Assembly (NCBI RefSeq): GCF_006345805.1
Contig: NW_021832544.1
Location: 1 to 62,456, forward strand
Direction: 5' to 3'
Source of the DNA: Octopus sinensis
Taxonomy: Eukaryota
DNA length: 62,456 nt
The notes under the pieces are model-generated. The model saw only the letters and a program-made list of their open reading frames with translations. It did no database searches and had not been told where the DNA came from. Of the stretch, positions 12,739 through 24,879 are shown in pieces (position 1 is the first letter of the stretch; each line of letters begins with the position of its first letter). A program made the translations under genes and the position numbers.

Positions 12739-13444
12739 GATAAACTCTTTGTTATACAAGTTTCTCGCTTGAGTCCGTGTGCACCATTGAATAAATAAAA
12801 CCGTTACATGTACTGAGTATTTTTTTCTCTTTTCAAAGAAATAGTCCCTCAAAGAATCTCTCGTATTTATATCGAATCTTCCTTTCCAACATTTCCCAAG
12901 CAAAATGCTTCAGAAACTAATGGCCCTGTAGTTCAGACCACTTCATTTTCTGCTAGCTTAGATATCATTTCCACATTGCCTTCGACTAATCCACAAGAAC
13001 TTTCTTTTTCGATTCCTCACAACCCAGAACACTAAGTACTCTATTCATTCCCAGTTGTCAAATGCTCCAGTCTCTCCATATACGGCCACCTACCTTGACA
13101 TTTTCCCTAAAACCTTCAAACAATGTACTCTACACCTAAAAAGAATCTGCTGTAATCAACGGAAACGAACAACAGTTTATCTAAGAAAGACATCCTCTTT
13201 AAAACTGTCACGGACATCTTCGAGGATGGAGCAGAGGCAGACTCTGAACAAAGCTAACGTGTAAGGCTTAGTACAGTCATATTGATAGGCGCAGGCGTGG
13301 CTGGGGGGTAAGAAGGTTGCTTCCCAGCCACACTGTTCCGGGAGCAATCCCACTGCGTGGAACCTTGGGCAAGTGTCTCCTACTATAGCGTCGGAACAAC
13401 CAAAGCCTTGTGAGGTGATTAGGTGAAACTGAAAGAAGCCCATC

Positions 13445-13483
<39 letters not shown>

Positions 13484-13625
13484 AAAAATGGTAAATAATT
13501 TTCCTGTGGTTTTTCATGTAACCAACAATTATTTACCGGTAAATTTCGGTATGTAAATACGACAAAATAATTGTCAAGACCTTTGTAAGGTTCAGTATAT
13601 AGTAAAGAAAAATAAGTTGGCTAGC

Positions 13626-13747
13626 AGCAAGCTGTTTCGCCTCATACCGAAGGAATTAGAAATGGCAGTCAAAGACCGTTATAGAAATGGAAAAAACGGT
13701 CTTTGACTGCCATTTCTAATTCCTTCGGTATGAGACGAAACAGCTTG

Positions 13748-13749
<2 letters not shown>
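13626..13749. repeat. Near-perfect hairpin, 55 bp arms and 14 bp spacer
   Basis: agcaagctgtttcgcctcataccgaaggaattagaaatggcagtcaaagaccgtt is mirrored at 13695-13749 with one mismatch. Confidence 0.95.
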
Positions 13750-13832
<83 letters not shown>

Positions 13833-13959
13833 CCATCCACACGCACATACACGCTTTCACATACATACGCACGCGCACCTTCGTTTTGAGATCACCTCTA
13901 CTTTATCATCTCCCCTTCTTCCTAGCTTTCCTGTCTGACCACCTCTGCTTGGCATTCGC

Positions 13960-14150
13960 CATGATTGATCGCTAGCCACTAAACCTTGTTTTTTTTCTCC
14001 CTGTTTATTTCTGTGTTCCTTTCTGTTGAAGAGCGTAGTCTCGAAACGTAAATGACTTTCTCACTTCTCGAGCGTTAAACAAATACATCTGTTTGTTGTT
14101 TACACACTCGTCTTTGTCTTTTGTTTTGTTTTTTTTTTTTGTAAGTTCCA

Positions 14151-14152
<2 letters not shown>
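13960..14152 (+). mobile_element. Penelope-like pseudo-LTR/tail fragment
   Basis: Hammerhead-like core ttgaagagcgtagtctcgaaacgt, followed by a T-rich tail running into (TA)n. Reverse-oriented homolog at 26695-26880. Confidence 0.55.
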
Positions 14153-14221
<69 letters not shown>

Positions 14222-14491
14222 TGTATGCATGTAAGAAGCATATATCTATGTGTGTGCCTTTGTGTCTGCGCTTGTCTCCGCTACCGCTTTAAAACCGACG
14301 TTGATGTCTTTTCGTCCCCGTAAATTAGCGTTTTTTAGCAAAAGAGATCGATAGGATACGTACAACGCCTTACAAGAAAATTAGAAGAATTACGGTCGAT
14401 TTGTCCGACTAAATTCTTGCAGGCGGTGTCCAGCATGTTCGCAATTTAATGGCTGAAACAAGTAAAAGATAAAAGATATATGTAAGACAAA

Positions 14492-14527
<36 letters not shown>

Positions 14528-15168
14528 ACTGATGCCGCCGCTCCGCCGCTCCCGCAGCTATTATCAGTCATGCATAAATTATTTAAAGCGAAAAAAAACA
14601 AACAAATCGCCAACGAGAGATGAATCTGGTATCAATAATCTTGAAGGCAACAGAATTATGGATTGCATGCGTCGAGGCACCAACTGTATTTTTTCTTCCT
14701 GTCAAATTATTTAATCCACGATGTAAGAAGCAAATTTAATTGACGTAATTTTAAGAATCACATATCTAATGGTGGTTAAGTGGCTGCAAAATTATTGATG
14801 ATACTCGTGTGATATGCTGTCAGGTAGTGGTGTTAGTTGCTAAGATGTTTATATAACCTAAATAGGATGTGGCTTAACAACATAGAGTCTTGTACGTGGT
14901 CTGTAAACAGTTATGTTGAGTAAGCCAGATTGGTCACATGCATTGACTTTATATTGTTGCTGTATTGACATAAATAAATTTGCTAAAGAGGAACTAAAGT
15001 GATTTGAAGGAGATTTAGCTGCTATATGAAGCAAGTCGAGGGACTCTGTAGAAGCTCCATTGTTTGTTCTGAAAACAGAATTTTAAATAGAATTTATATA
15101 GATCGATTAGGAATACAGAAACAGCACTTATATACAATACAAGTGAAGATCGAAATATGCAGTTTTTA

Positions 15169-15790
15169 GCAGTTGTTCCCAACTTTTTCACTTCCAAGGA
15201 CCCCTTTTATTTAAATGAGTTTTCCCATGGACCCCTTTTAATATGCTTGTCATTATGTGTATATATATTCTTTTATTCTTTTATTTGTTTCAGTAATTTG
15301 ACGGCAGCCATGCTGGAGCACCGCCTTTAGTCGAGCAAATCGACCTCAGGACTTATTCTTTGTAAGCTTAGTATTTATTCTATCGTTCCCTTTTGCCGAA
15401 CTGCTACTTTCGGCAAAAGCGACCGATGCTGGTGTTTACGAAACACAGCAGCATCGGTTGTTAAGCGATGTTGGGGGAACAAACATAGGCATACAAACAT
15501 ATCCACACACATACATATATACGACGGGCTTCGTTCAGTTTCCGTCTACCAAATCCTCTCACAAGACTATAGTAGAAGACACTTGCCCAAGGCGCCACGC
15601 AGTGGGACTGAACACGTAATCATGTGGTTGGTAAGCAAGCTATTTACCATGCAGCCACTCCTGTGCCTATATATATATATGTGTGTGTATGTATGTGTGT
15701 GTGTGTGTGTGTGTATGAAAGTTTGAATTTATCTCACGGACGCGAGTACTACCTTTGCGGGCCACAAGGGGTTCTTGGACCACTATAATC
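15169..15790. mobile_element. Probable hAT-type MITE relic interrupted by a SINE
   Basis: Starts cagttgttcccaactttt with repeated ggacccc subterminal motifs; similar motifs resume at 15735-15785. The right TIR was not found. Confidence 0.4.
15268..15667 (-). mobile_element. SINE family A, nearly complete
   Basis: Reverse complement starts ggcacaggagtggctgcatggtaa and contains ttcagtcccactgcgtggcgccttgggcaagtgtcttctactatag plus the family tail. Confidence 0.9.
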
Positions 15791-16177
15791 TATAGTAATG
15801 TTTACATAGAAAGGGGACATGGTGTCAATAGTAACTGGGCTATAGTAAATGTGTAGTGGGAATATATACGTGTCTTAAGTAACTTGTATCTATGATATGT
15901 ACACAATTTTTGTATAGCGCAAATGGGAAAATGCTGTTTGTAGTAATGTGTATGCAACTTAGGCACTCTGAAAATATACCTAGCTGGAGCAACTTGTCTC
16001 TATTAGTTACATATAAAGTGGGATATATGCATGTAAAATGTACTATTTATAGAAACATGTACTTATATATATATATAACTTCAGCCTACTTTGACTGTCT
16101 AAATGAGACAAAATTGTACTCTTTCTCACTCTGTCTTGCTCTTTCCCTCTCTCTCTCTCTCTTTCTCTCTCTCTTGT

Positions 16178-16222
<45 letters not shown>

Positions 16223-17239
16223 CTTATCTATCCTTTCCGTAGAAACGTTAAAGATTTCCTCCAGTTTTCTTCAGCATCAACCTGATACACCCTGTTTGAT
16301 TTTTTTTACTTCGTCTTCGAGTTTTTTTTAATATTTTTTGTAGATACTATGTGTGTGTGTGTGTGCGTGTGCACAGTATTTTAAATATGTGAGATAACAC
16401 GTTTCGAATTTGAAGCAAAATATCAGGGCCAACGTTAATACAAGCCGTCGCCGCTTCCTTCTCCTATCTTTAGGCTGTCTTTTGTTATACTCAAAGATGG
16501 CCATCGGTACTATAAGGGTTATTCAAAAGACTGAAAACGGTTTAACTGATTCCAGTTGCCATACACACAGAAGATGAGATTAGTTATTAAAATGCAAGGA
16601 AATGACACAAACCTTCAAAGTGACACACACGATGGATATGAAACATTAACAGAAATAAAATACAAGAATAACCGAAGAAAATATTGCAATCTGGTTAACG
16701 CTGGGAAAGATAGGAAAATGAATAGCGATGAGTGACCCAAAATCTAAAAGTGATAAAATCGGATTCCTCCAAGAGAATGGCAGACACTGACAAACTTCGA
16801 AGAATTTAAAATTAGTGTTATAAGTAGTTTAGTGATAGATGCAGAGATAAGTCAGTCCAGGAGACTAAAATAAAGAAATTTTATTTATGTATAGGATAGA
16901 GATTTGGCAAGACATTTTGCTGCCGTGGGCAGTATTATTTTACAAAACGGTTCATTTTTATCTTCCTCAAATTATTTGTCAAGCAGAGAGCTTCTCACAA
17001 AAGAAGATAATCTCTATAACATATTTCATCTCGAAACAAGTTCTCTCGTTGGTTGGAGAGGTAAGATTTTTATTAAACGTGTGACTCCATCAAAATTATT
17101 AACTGTCTGTAGTACAATCGTTTTAACTCCAGAAGGAAATCGAAGAATTGTTGTATGGAAGAATGGCTTGAGACCTTCATAAATAATATTAACTCAAGAC
17201 CTGGCCTCAACTTGGCCAAACTGGCCTCAACTTACGGCT

Positions 17240-17620
17240 TAGTTGCATGGCAAGAGGTTTGCTTCCCAACTACATGGTTCCAGGTTCAGTCCTCCCATGG
17301 CACTGTGGGCAAATTTCTTCCACTATAGCCTCGACCGAACAATGACTTGTGAGTGGATTTGGTAGACGGAAACTGAAAGAAGCCCGTCGTGTATATGCAT
17401 GTGTGTGTGTGTGTGTGTGTGTGCGTATACGTGCATGTGTGTCTTTGTGTTTATCTTCCATCACCGCTTGACAATAGGGGTGGTGTGTTTACGTCCCTGT
17501 GACTTAGCGGTTCGGTAGAAGTGATCAACAGAGTAAGTACTGAAGTCGATTCGTTCGACTAACACTCTTGAATGCGGTGCCCCAGCAAGGCCGTGGTCTA
17601 ATGACTGAAGCAAGTTAAAG
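17240..17620 (+). mobile_element. SINE family A
   Basis: ttgcttcccaactacatggttccaggttcagtcc, gtggatttggtagacggaaactgaaagaagcccgtcg and the family tail. Confidence 0.88.
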
Positions 17621-17642
17621 ATAACAGAAGCAAAATATGTTA

Positions 17643-17962
17643 TACACACGCACGCACACACACACACATACGTACACACGTACACACACACACACACACA
17701 CAAACACACACATAAACACACACACTCACGCACACGCACACACACCAAACACACACAAACATACACACACACAAACACACACACACACGCAAACACATAA
17801 ATACACGCACTCGCAAACGCATGCACAAACACACACACATAAACACAAACACACACAAACATGCACACACACACAAACACACATACACACACATAAACAC
17901 GCAAACGCATACACAAACACACACACAACACAAACATGCAAACACACACACACCACACACAT
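17643..17962. repeat. Degenerate (CA)n tract
   Basis: Visible repeat. Confidence 0.95.
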
Positions 17963-18523
17963 CTTTTTCTTTACATTTTGTCCACTAACATTCATAATTT
18001 CTCAAATGTCTATCATAGAAAAATTGTTAATATTATCAATATTCACCTAAATATAGTTTTCTAACAAAAAAATTGATTTACGACGAAAAAAAAATGTCTT
18101 CCTCTAAACAATAAAGAAAATAATACAATAAATAAACGCCACAATTCAATTCTAGAACTCCAATTCCAGTGGAATATATTTTGGTTTCAGTTTGGAAATT
18201 ATCTTCTCCCAAATCGAATAAGACAATTTTTGAATGCCTAATTTTAGGCGTTAAAGTTGCTACTGTTGTTGCAGATTTTATGAAGGGATTGTTGCTGGTT
18301 TTGTTGCTGTTGTTGCTATTTTTGGGACGGAAATTTCGTGTCGTACAAATATAATCTGCTCATTTACATATAGCCTATCTCTAATGCATATAACGAGATT
18401 ATGTATGTTTATGCATATATATGTTCGATATATCAATGTATATGTATGTCCAATGTATGAACGTGTCTGCATGTTCATATACTTTTAGCTAGAAAACGGT
18501 TTACCTATAATTATATACATATC

Positions 18524-18561
<38 letters not shown>

Positions 18562-18956
18562 ACTTATATACATATTCATTCTCTGTGTGTGGATTTATGT
18601 ATTATACTGTTTGTGTCTGTCTTCATATTTTTTCTGCACACTGTCTTTCGTCGTCAGATTGCGAAATGCAGTGAAGTGAGGATTGTTAGTACTCCATTCA
18701 TGCTTTCTGTTATGTCTTGGTCTATATATTACTATATGTACGTGGCCTCTGTAAATTGTCTGAGTGTTGTGTCTTTACTATGAGTTAATAACTTCACATC
18801 TATGTTACTAATTGAGCATGTTCTTAGAGCACTGACGAGCTTTTCTCCTCCTTGAGCTCCCGTCAATGTGTCCACCTAGCCGCTCACCTATTCTCCGTGC
18901 TGTCTCCCAAATGTATGTCATTGTTCTGTTTCTGCATCGTCTCTCAGTTTATCTTA

Positions 18957-19034
<78 letters not shown>

Positions 19035-19560
19035 AGAGGAAAAATTATAATAAGGCAGAATGTTAAATTGAAAGTAAATTTTAATAAAAATGGGTGTATG
19101 GAAAATTAAAAAAGAAAAAATAATAAATCAAAACGGTTTTCATTACAAGGTGAATTTTCAAGATTTGGAAGGGGAAAAGATTTTTTTTTAAATTGAGGAA
19201 AGGAAAAAGAAATTTACAATGTTTTTTTCAAAAAAATAATAATTATATACAAAAATTAATAAACAAGTATACCAATACATTGTAGAGTCTTTATGCTTTT
19301 AGTGTTCAATAATAGTCCTTGAAAAAATTTCTTTGGAGGATTAAGATCCATGTGATTAAAAGTGGTGCTTACTTTAAAATATTTATGCATAAACGTATGT
19401 ATATATATATGTATATATATATATAAATTTAATCCTACCAAGGACCTATAATCCTTTAAGAGATGTTTGCATCCAAGTTCTCCGGTTTTTATCAGTGTTC
19501 AGTGAAAAACTAAATACGTTAGTTTTGTATCCATGGCTACGGGTATTTTCGATATTTATA

Positions 19561-19767
19561 AATGAGAAAAAGAAGAAAAATAGAGAAATTGACTTATAGA
19601 CAGCAATTTATTCAAAGATATTCAAATCAATATAATATGTAATTCTTATCCCTGCAATAAGAAAATTTTAATTCAATTTAATTTAATTTAATTTCTCTAT
19701 TATATGGATTTGAATATCTTTAAATAAACTGCTGTCTATATGTCAATTTCTGCATTTTCTTCTCATT
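19561..19767. repeat. Imperfect fold-back palindrome
   Basis: agaaattgacttatagacagcaatttattcaaagatattcaaatc is mirrored by gatttgaatatctttaaataaactgctgtctatatgtcaatttct. Confidence 0.85.
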
Positions 19768-20239
19768 CATATATATATGTACTTAACTGTAAGAAAATTA
19801 AAGTGTGTGTGTGTGTGTGTGCGCGCGTCTGTATGAGTATGTACGTCTGTCTTTGGATAGTAATTCAACTTTATGGTAATCACGAATAAGAAGAAAAGTG
19901 AGTTAAACTTTCGTCAGTACAAGATAGAAAGCATCTCTGTAGCAGAATACTTCTGCTTCTGAAACCTGTGTGGATCCCCGAAATTAACATTAAACAGCAA
20001 CTGAAGTCAATCTACGAAGATGAACAAAATCTCTCACAGAGTTTCAGATCACATCTAATCTATGAAAAACCATAGAGCCGCAGTTTAATGACTGAAACAT
20101 GTAAAAACTATTCTAAGATTCAGAATTTCTGTAATATGATTGACTTTTTATTTTCCCCACATTACGCTCTTCTTTTAAACCCATTATAACTGCTTCTTGC
20201 CCTTCGGCATTCGCTTTCACTTGATACTCTTTCTTTCTA

Positions 20240-21000
20240 TTTTGAATGGAGGAATGCGCAATACTGTACGCGTTTGAAGTAAAATCTAATAACGCAATGC
20301 ACTGATAGACAAGTGTTACGCACATATAGGAAAACAGGAGAGTTCTCGTAAGGGAATGAATTTCTGTGGCGGTAGAAAATATTTGTTTTATTGTTTTGGA
20401 GTAGAAATAGAAATGAAAATATAAAGAGCGATGTTGATTTAAGTCGAAGGGTAGGGATTTTAGGATGTGATATGAAGTTCTGTATGGTGGAAAATACCGG
20501 CAGAACCGTAATTATTCCATTTTGTTGCGCGCACAAAAAAGCTGATCAAAGATGGTGCGAATGTTGGCAATGCTGTTGAGTGCAATGAAGGAAAGTCAGT
20601 TGGATAGGTGCATGTACAACAAGGTGGATATGATTGAGGGGCTGAGGAATGCTGAGAAGAAGCTTGAATGCGAAGAGTAACAAGAGGAAGCTTATAGGTG
20701 TGACAATATTGTTGGGATCAATGAAACTTTCAAGACAACTTTGTACGGGAAAAATAATTTAAAGAATTGAATTGGCTGGTTGTCCATAAAATGAACGCAG
20801 AAAAGGGAGAAAAGCGAGAGTGTGTTTCTAAAGTTTCACTCCATATATATCTAATTATATGAGGATTTCTGAACGACTTCGAAAGTTTGGTGTGGGGTAA
20901 TATATGCAAAGGCCTGAAATTAATTTCAACCGACAGAGAAGTAGCAGGGGCTCTAAACATATTCACAATAGTTTAGGAGACTTCCACGATAGCGTATTGA
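20240..21000 (-). mobile_element. Highly degenerate Penelope-like (possibly Naiad) linker/GIY-YIG relic
   Basis: Fragmentary similarity only: FSPFS (cf. FNPPFS), HRNSFPY...LVYQC (cf. CPL..CL...IVYQA). Many stops. Confidence 0.3.
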
Positions 21001-21713
21001 GAACTTTGGAACAGAAACAGCAACAATCCACACTCTTTAGACGAGATATGTGTACGCACACACACACGTACATGTGTGTGTGTGTGTGTATGCCAGTAAG
21101 TGTGTGTCAGATGCCTGAGTTGTGTGGACAGATTATCGTTATGCATGTTTACTGGATTTTGGGGGGTTTTTTTTTATATCTGCCAGTGAAATGCCTCTCC
21201 ACTTACAAACAAGCGGCCGTTATAATTGAAATCTCTCCCAGCCAAGACAACGACCGGACGGAGAACGGTCATTATCAACATTACAAATACTAACACATTG
21301 TGTCTGCAGCTAAAACAGAGAAGTGGGAAATCCTCGATGAGAAAGTCCTCATCATTCAAGCAACTGATTATTTATTCAAAACTATTTCTGGTATCATCTC
21401 TAAAATCACAGATAATTACCTACTATTCAGCAGAGAAAACCAAATTGTTATTGTCCATAAAATTCTCGGCCTTTTATTACAATATTGAATATAAATGTAA
21501 TTTATTACGTTTCTGAAATTGCGTCTATAATCGTGTCTACTGTTCTCTAATAATTGATATATACATATATATATATATATACACGCATGCATATACAGAT
21601 ATTTCCTATCTATTCACACATTTATAGAACATACGAACATATATATGTATATATATGTAATATATATACATATATATGTATATATATGTATATATATATA
21701 TAAATGTGTATAT

Positions 21714-21804
<91 letters not shown>

Positions 21805-21949
21805 ATATATATATATATAATATAAAACTTAGATAAAACTTAGATATGTTTCGACCAGAGATTGGTCCAGGCCATGTCTAACTTAATAGCACCACCTGAT
21901 AGGATTATTCGAATCCTGTTTAAGTCAAGTTTTGTTCAAGTAGTGAGTT

Positions 21950-24870
21950 CTTGTTGGGTGAGTTGTATCCAATTATGGGTGGCTTGTCTGGTATATCTTT
22001 GAAGGAATCTATCCAGACTCTGTTTGAAGTTGATGGGATCTTTTCCTCTTTGATCTCCCTCGGGACAATGTTAAATAGGGCAGGGCCTGTTGAGGAAAGA
22101 AATTATGTTGCAGTGTACATGTATGTTGTGATCTTGAATTTGGCAGGGGACGTATAGCCCGTGGTCCAGTCTCGGATGAACCTTGAAGCTAATGTTTAGG
22201 TCGTTTGGGCAAAGTTGGCGGTATATTTTCCACATCGTACAAATGATGTACCGCTCACGGCGACGCTGGAGGGAGTAAAGTTTCAAGGCTTTAAGGCGAT
22301 CCCAATAGTCGAGAGCAGCCATGCCTTCAATTGTTTAGTGAGAGCCCTCTGGGGTGACTCAATTCTGGAGATGTTTTGTCTTGTGTGAGGAGACCACAGT
22401 GGGCAGCAGTATTCAAGGTGTGGCCGTACAAAGGATGAAAAAAGTGGTATGATGACACCTTGTTCTCTGGACCGGAAAGTTCTTAAGATCCAGGAACTCA
22501 TCCTACGAGCTGTATCGACCTTCTTGTTGATGTGTGCACTCCAACTGAGATCGTCATCAACAATTACACCCAGGTCTCTGATATTGTTAGAGGCTGTGAG
22601 CGGTTCCCCTGAAGGAAGAGAGTATGGTTGTTTTAGTGAGGAATTTCTTCCAAAATGCATCAGCTCAAATTTTCCCTCATTCAGTTGCATTTTGTTTCTG
22701 TCTGCCCATTGACTCACAGCATATAGGTCAGACTGGAGTTGAGTTCGGTCTGCTTCTTCATTGACGATTTGCTGGAGCTTAGTGTCATCAGCGAATATTT
22801 TCACTTTGCAGTGATGTACGACACTGGAAAGGTCGTTTACATAAATTATGAAGAGTAGCGGACCCAAAACAGTTCCCTGGGGAACACCGCTGGTGACTTT
22901 TGCTGGGTTTGAGTGGACTCCATCAACTACAACATGTTGTGTTCTATTCGCTAGGAAATACTGAATCCAGTGTAGAACTTTTCCACGGATTCCAACATTT
23001 GCCAATTTTGAGAGTAGGATGTTATGGTCTACCCTGTCGAACGCTTTACTGAAGTCAAGGTATATGACGTCAGAGTTCGAACCTGTTCCCAAGGCTTTGA
23101 GTACATCTTCAATGTGGTGTAAGAGCTGTGTTAGTCAGTCCCTGCCACAGCGAAAGCCATGTTGATTTGAATTTAGGAGTTTGTGGGTCTTCAGGAAGTC
23201 AGCTATCCTTGATCTTAACACTCTTTCAACACTTTAATGATGTGGGAGGGAGTGAGTGAGATTGGGCGATAGTTGACTGCGAGGGATCTGTTTCCTGTTT
23301 GAAAACCGGGATGACCGACTGGGATAGAAATTTTTTCGGTATATAACCTGCGTCTAACGAGTTTTCCAGAGGTTGGTCAGAGGGACTGCAAGTTGATATC
23401 TACATTCCTTCAGGAGACTGGCGGGAAATCTATCAGGGCCTACAGCGGAGTAATGTTTGACCTCATTTATTGCTGCTACGATGTCGGTGGCAGTGAAGGT
23501 TATGTCTGCGATTTTGTGTTGGGAGTCAGCTTCGTTCGTTTCCCTCACATCAATATCAGTGGGAACACTGAAGACAGAGCAATATTGTTTCTGCAGTATT
23601 TCTGCCATTTCTTTAGCATCGTGTTGGGGAATGCCGTTTTCATCAATCAATGGCCCAATAGGTGAGACAGTGGTTCTATGCTTATTTGCATAAGAATAGA
23701 ACACTTTGGGTTCTGTTTGATGTTTTTGATTACCCATTGTTCCTCCACAGCTCTTTGATTTTCAATGGAGGTTTTCATGTTAGTCTGCAGATGAAGTTTT
23801 TCCAGCTCTAGCCTTTTCATTGTTGTTGAATGTGGATGTTGCGTGTGGGAATATTTAATTGGTTGATTTTTTTTGTTGAGTCTTTTGATGCGCCTGGTGA
23901 GTGGTTTTTTCTTTTTAGGGAGCCGGTTTCTGTTTGTTAGTAGATTTCTGGTTTCTTGAGGTGCGTGTTTAGAGCATGTGTCGGTGACAATGGTTTCAAA
24001 GTGCTGCTACGCGGTCTCAATATGAGGGGAATTGAGAGTAAAAGACCAGTCGATGGAAGACAGATCCTTTCTGATTGTTCCCCAGTCCGCTTTGTGGAAA
24101 TTTATGTTGTCAAATGGGTGCCATGGAGTGGGATTGGCTGGTTTGGTTTTTATACGTCGGGAATTAAGATTGCAGAGTACCATGTCGTGGTCTGAGAGGA
24201 GAGTTTTTTCGACTGAAATGCTGTGAACGTAGCTAGAGTGATTGGTCAGTACCAGATCCAAGATCGTTTTATTCTGTCTCGTTGGTTCAAGCACTAGCTG
24301 AGTCAGGAAATACTCATCCATCAGATTAAAGAGCAGTTCTGCTGCTGCCCTATCTGATGTAGAGCACTTGCCTAACTTCGGAGAGTATTTGTGGGCCAGT
24401 TCACATGAGGGAGGTTAAAATCACCCATCACTATTATGTTTCCGGAGTGGTACTTCCGAAGGAAGGACTTGACTTTGCTAAGGCACTCTTCAAAGTACTT
24501 TAGAGGTGCCTGGGGAGGCCTGTAAAGACCAACAATGGTTATGTCCTTGGCTTTGTTGTATACTGATACCGATTCACAGTAGCCATTGGAAAATGTGTCC
24601 TTGGCATCAAGTGAAAAGGAGTCATGATAAAAGATGGCTGTCCCTCCTTATTTCGGTCTGTGCGATCCGCACGAACAATGGTGAAATCTTTTATTTTCAC
24701 CTCTGCGTCCATATGGGTGTTGTTCAGGTGAGTCTCGGTAAGGATAAAGAAAGGGAAGCAATGTGCCATTTCGGCAAGCCAACTCTCTATATATGGGATC
24801 TTCCATTTTTGGGCAATAATTGATGGGTGATGCCACGTACATTTAACAGGAATGTCGAGGTAAGGGAAGT
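21950..24870 (-). pseudogene. LINE ORF2 (APE endonuclease plus reverse transcriptase), disrupted
   Basis: APE: LLNVRGI, ILTETHL, YRPP, GDFNLP, LDLVLTN, SDH. RT: NYRPISL, QHGFR, YLDFSKAFDRVDH, SGVPQGTVLGPLLF, FADD, RDLGV, VRPHLEYCCPLWSP, LYSLQRRRERY. Several frameshifts and an in-frame TGA at 23135-23137. Confidence 0.93.
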
Positions 24871-24879
24871 TGGTAATGG

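Larger units (their letters stand above)
13288..14476 (+). mobile_element. SINE family A split by ~0.8 kb of nested repeats in its internal (TA)n
   Basis: Head at 13288-13446 (ggcgcaggcgtggctg...aactgaaagaagcccatcg). Tail at ~14245-14476 (accgctt...ccccgtaaattagcg...gaaacaagtaaaagat). Confidence 0.8.

Noticed and set aside
16600-17190. Possible LINE ORF1 debris (also 4560-5000, 27250-27750, 44050-44330, 53960-54700)
   Set aside because: Too degenerate, with no diagnostic motif I can state.
23135-23137. In-frame TGA at a conserved Cys of the RT, suggesting selenocysteine recoding
   Set aside because: The sister copy near 50540 has TGC at this position, so a point mutation or sequencing error is simpler. 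No SECIS was identified.
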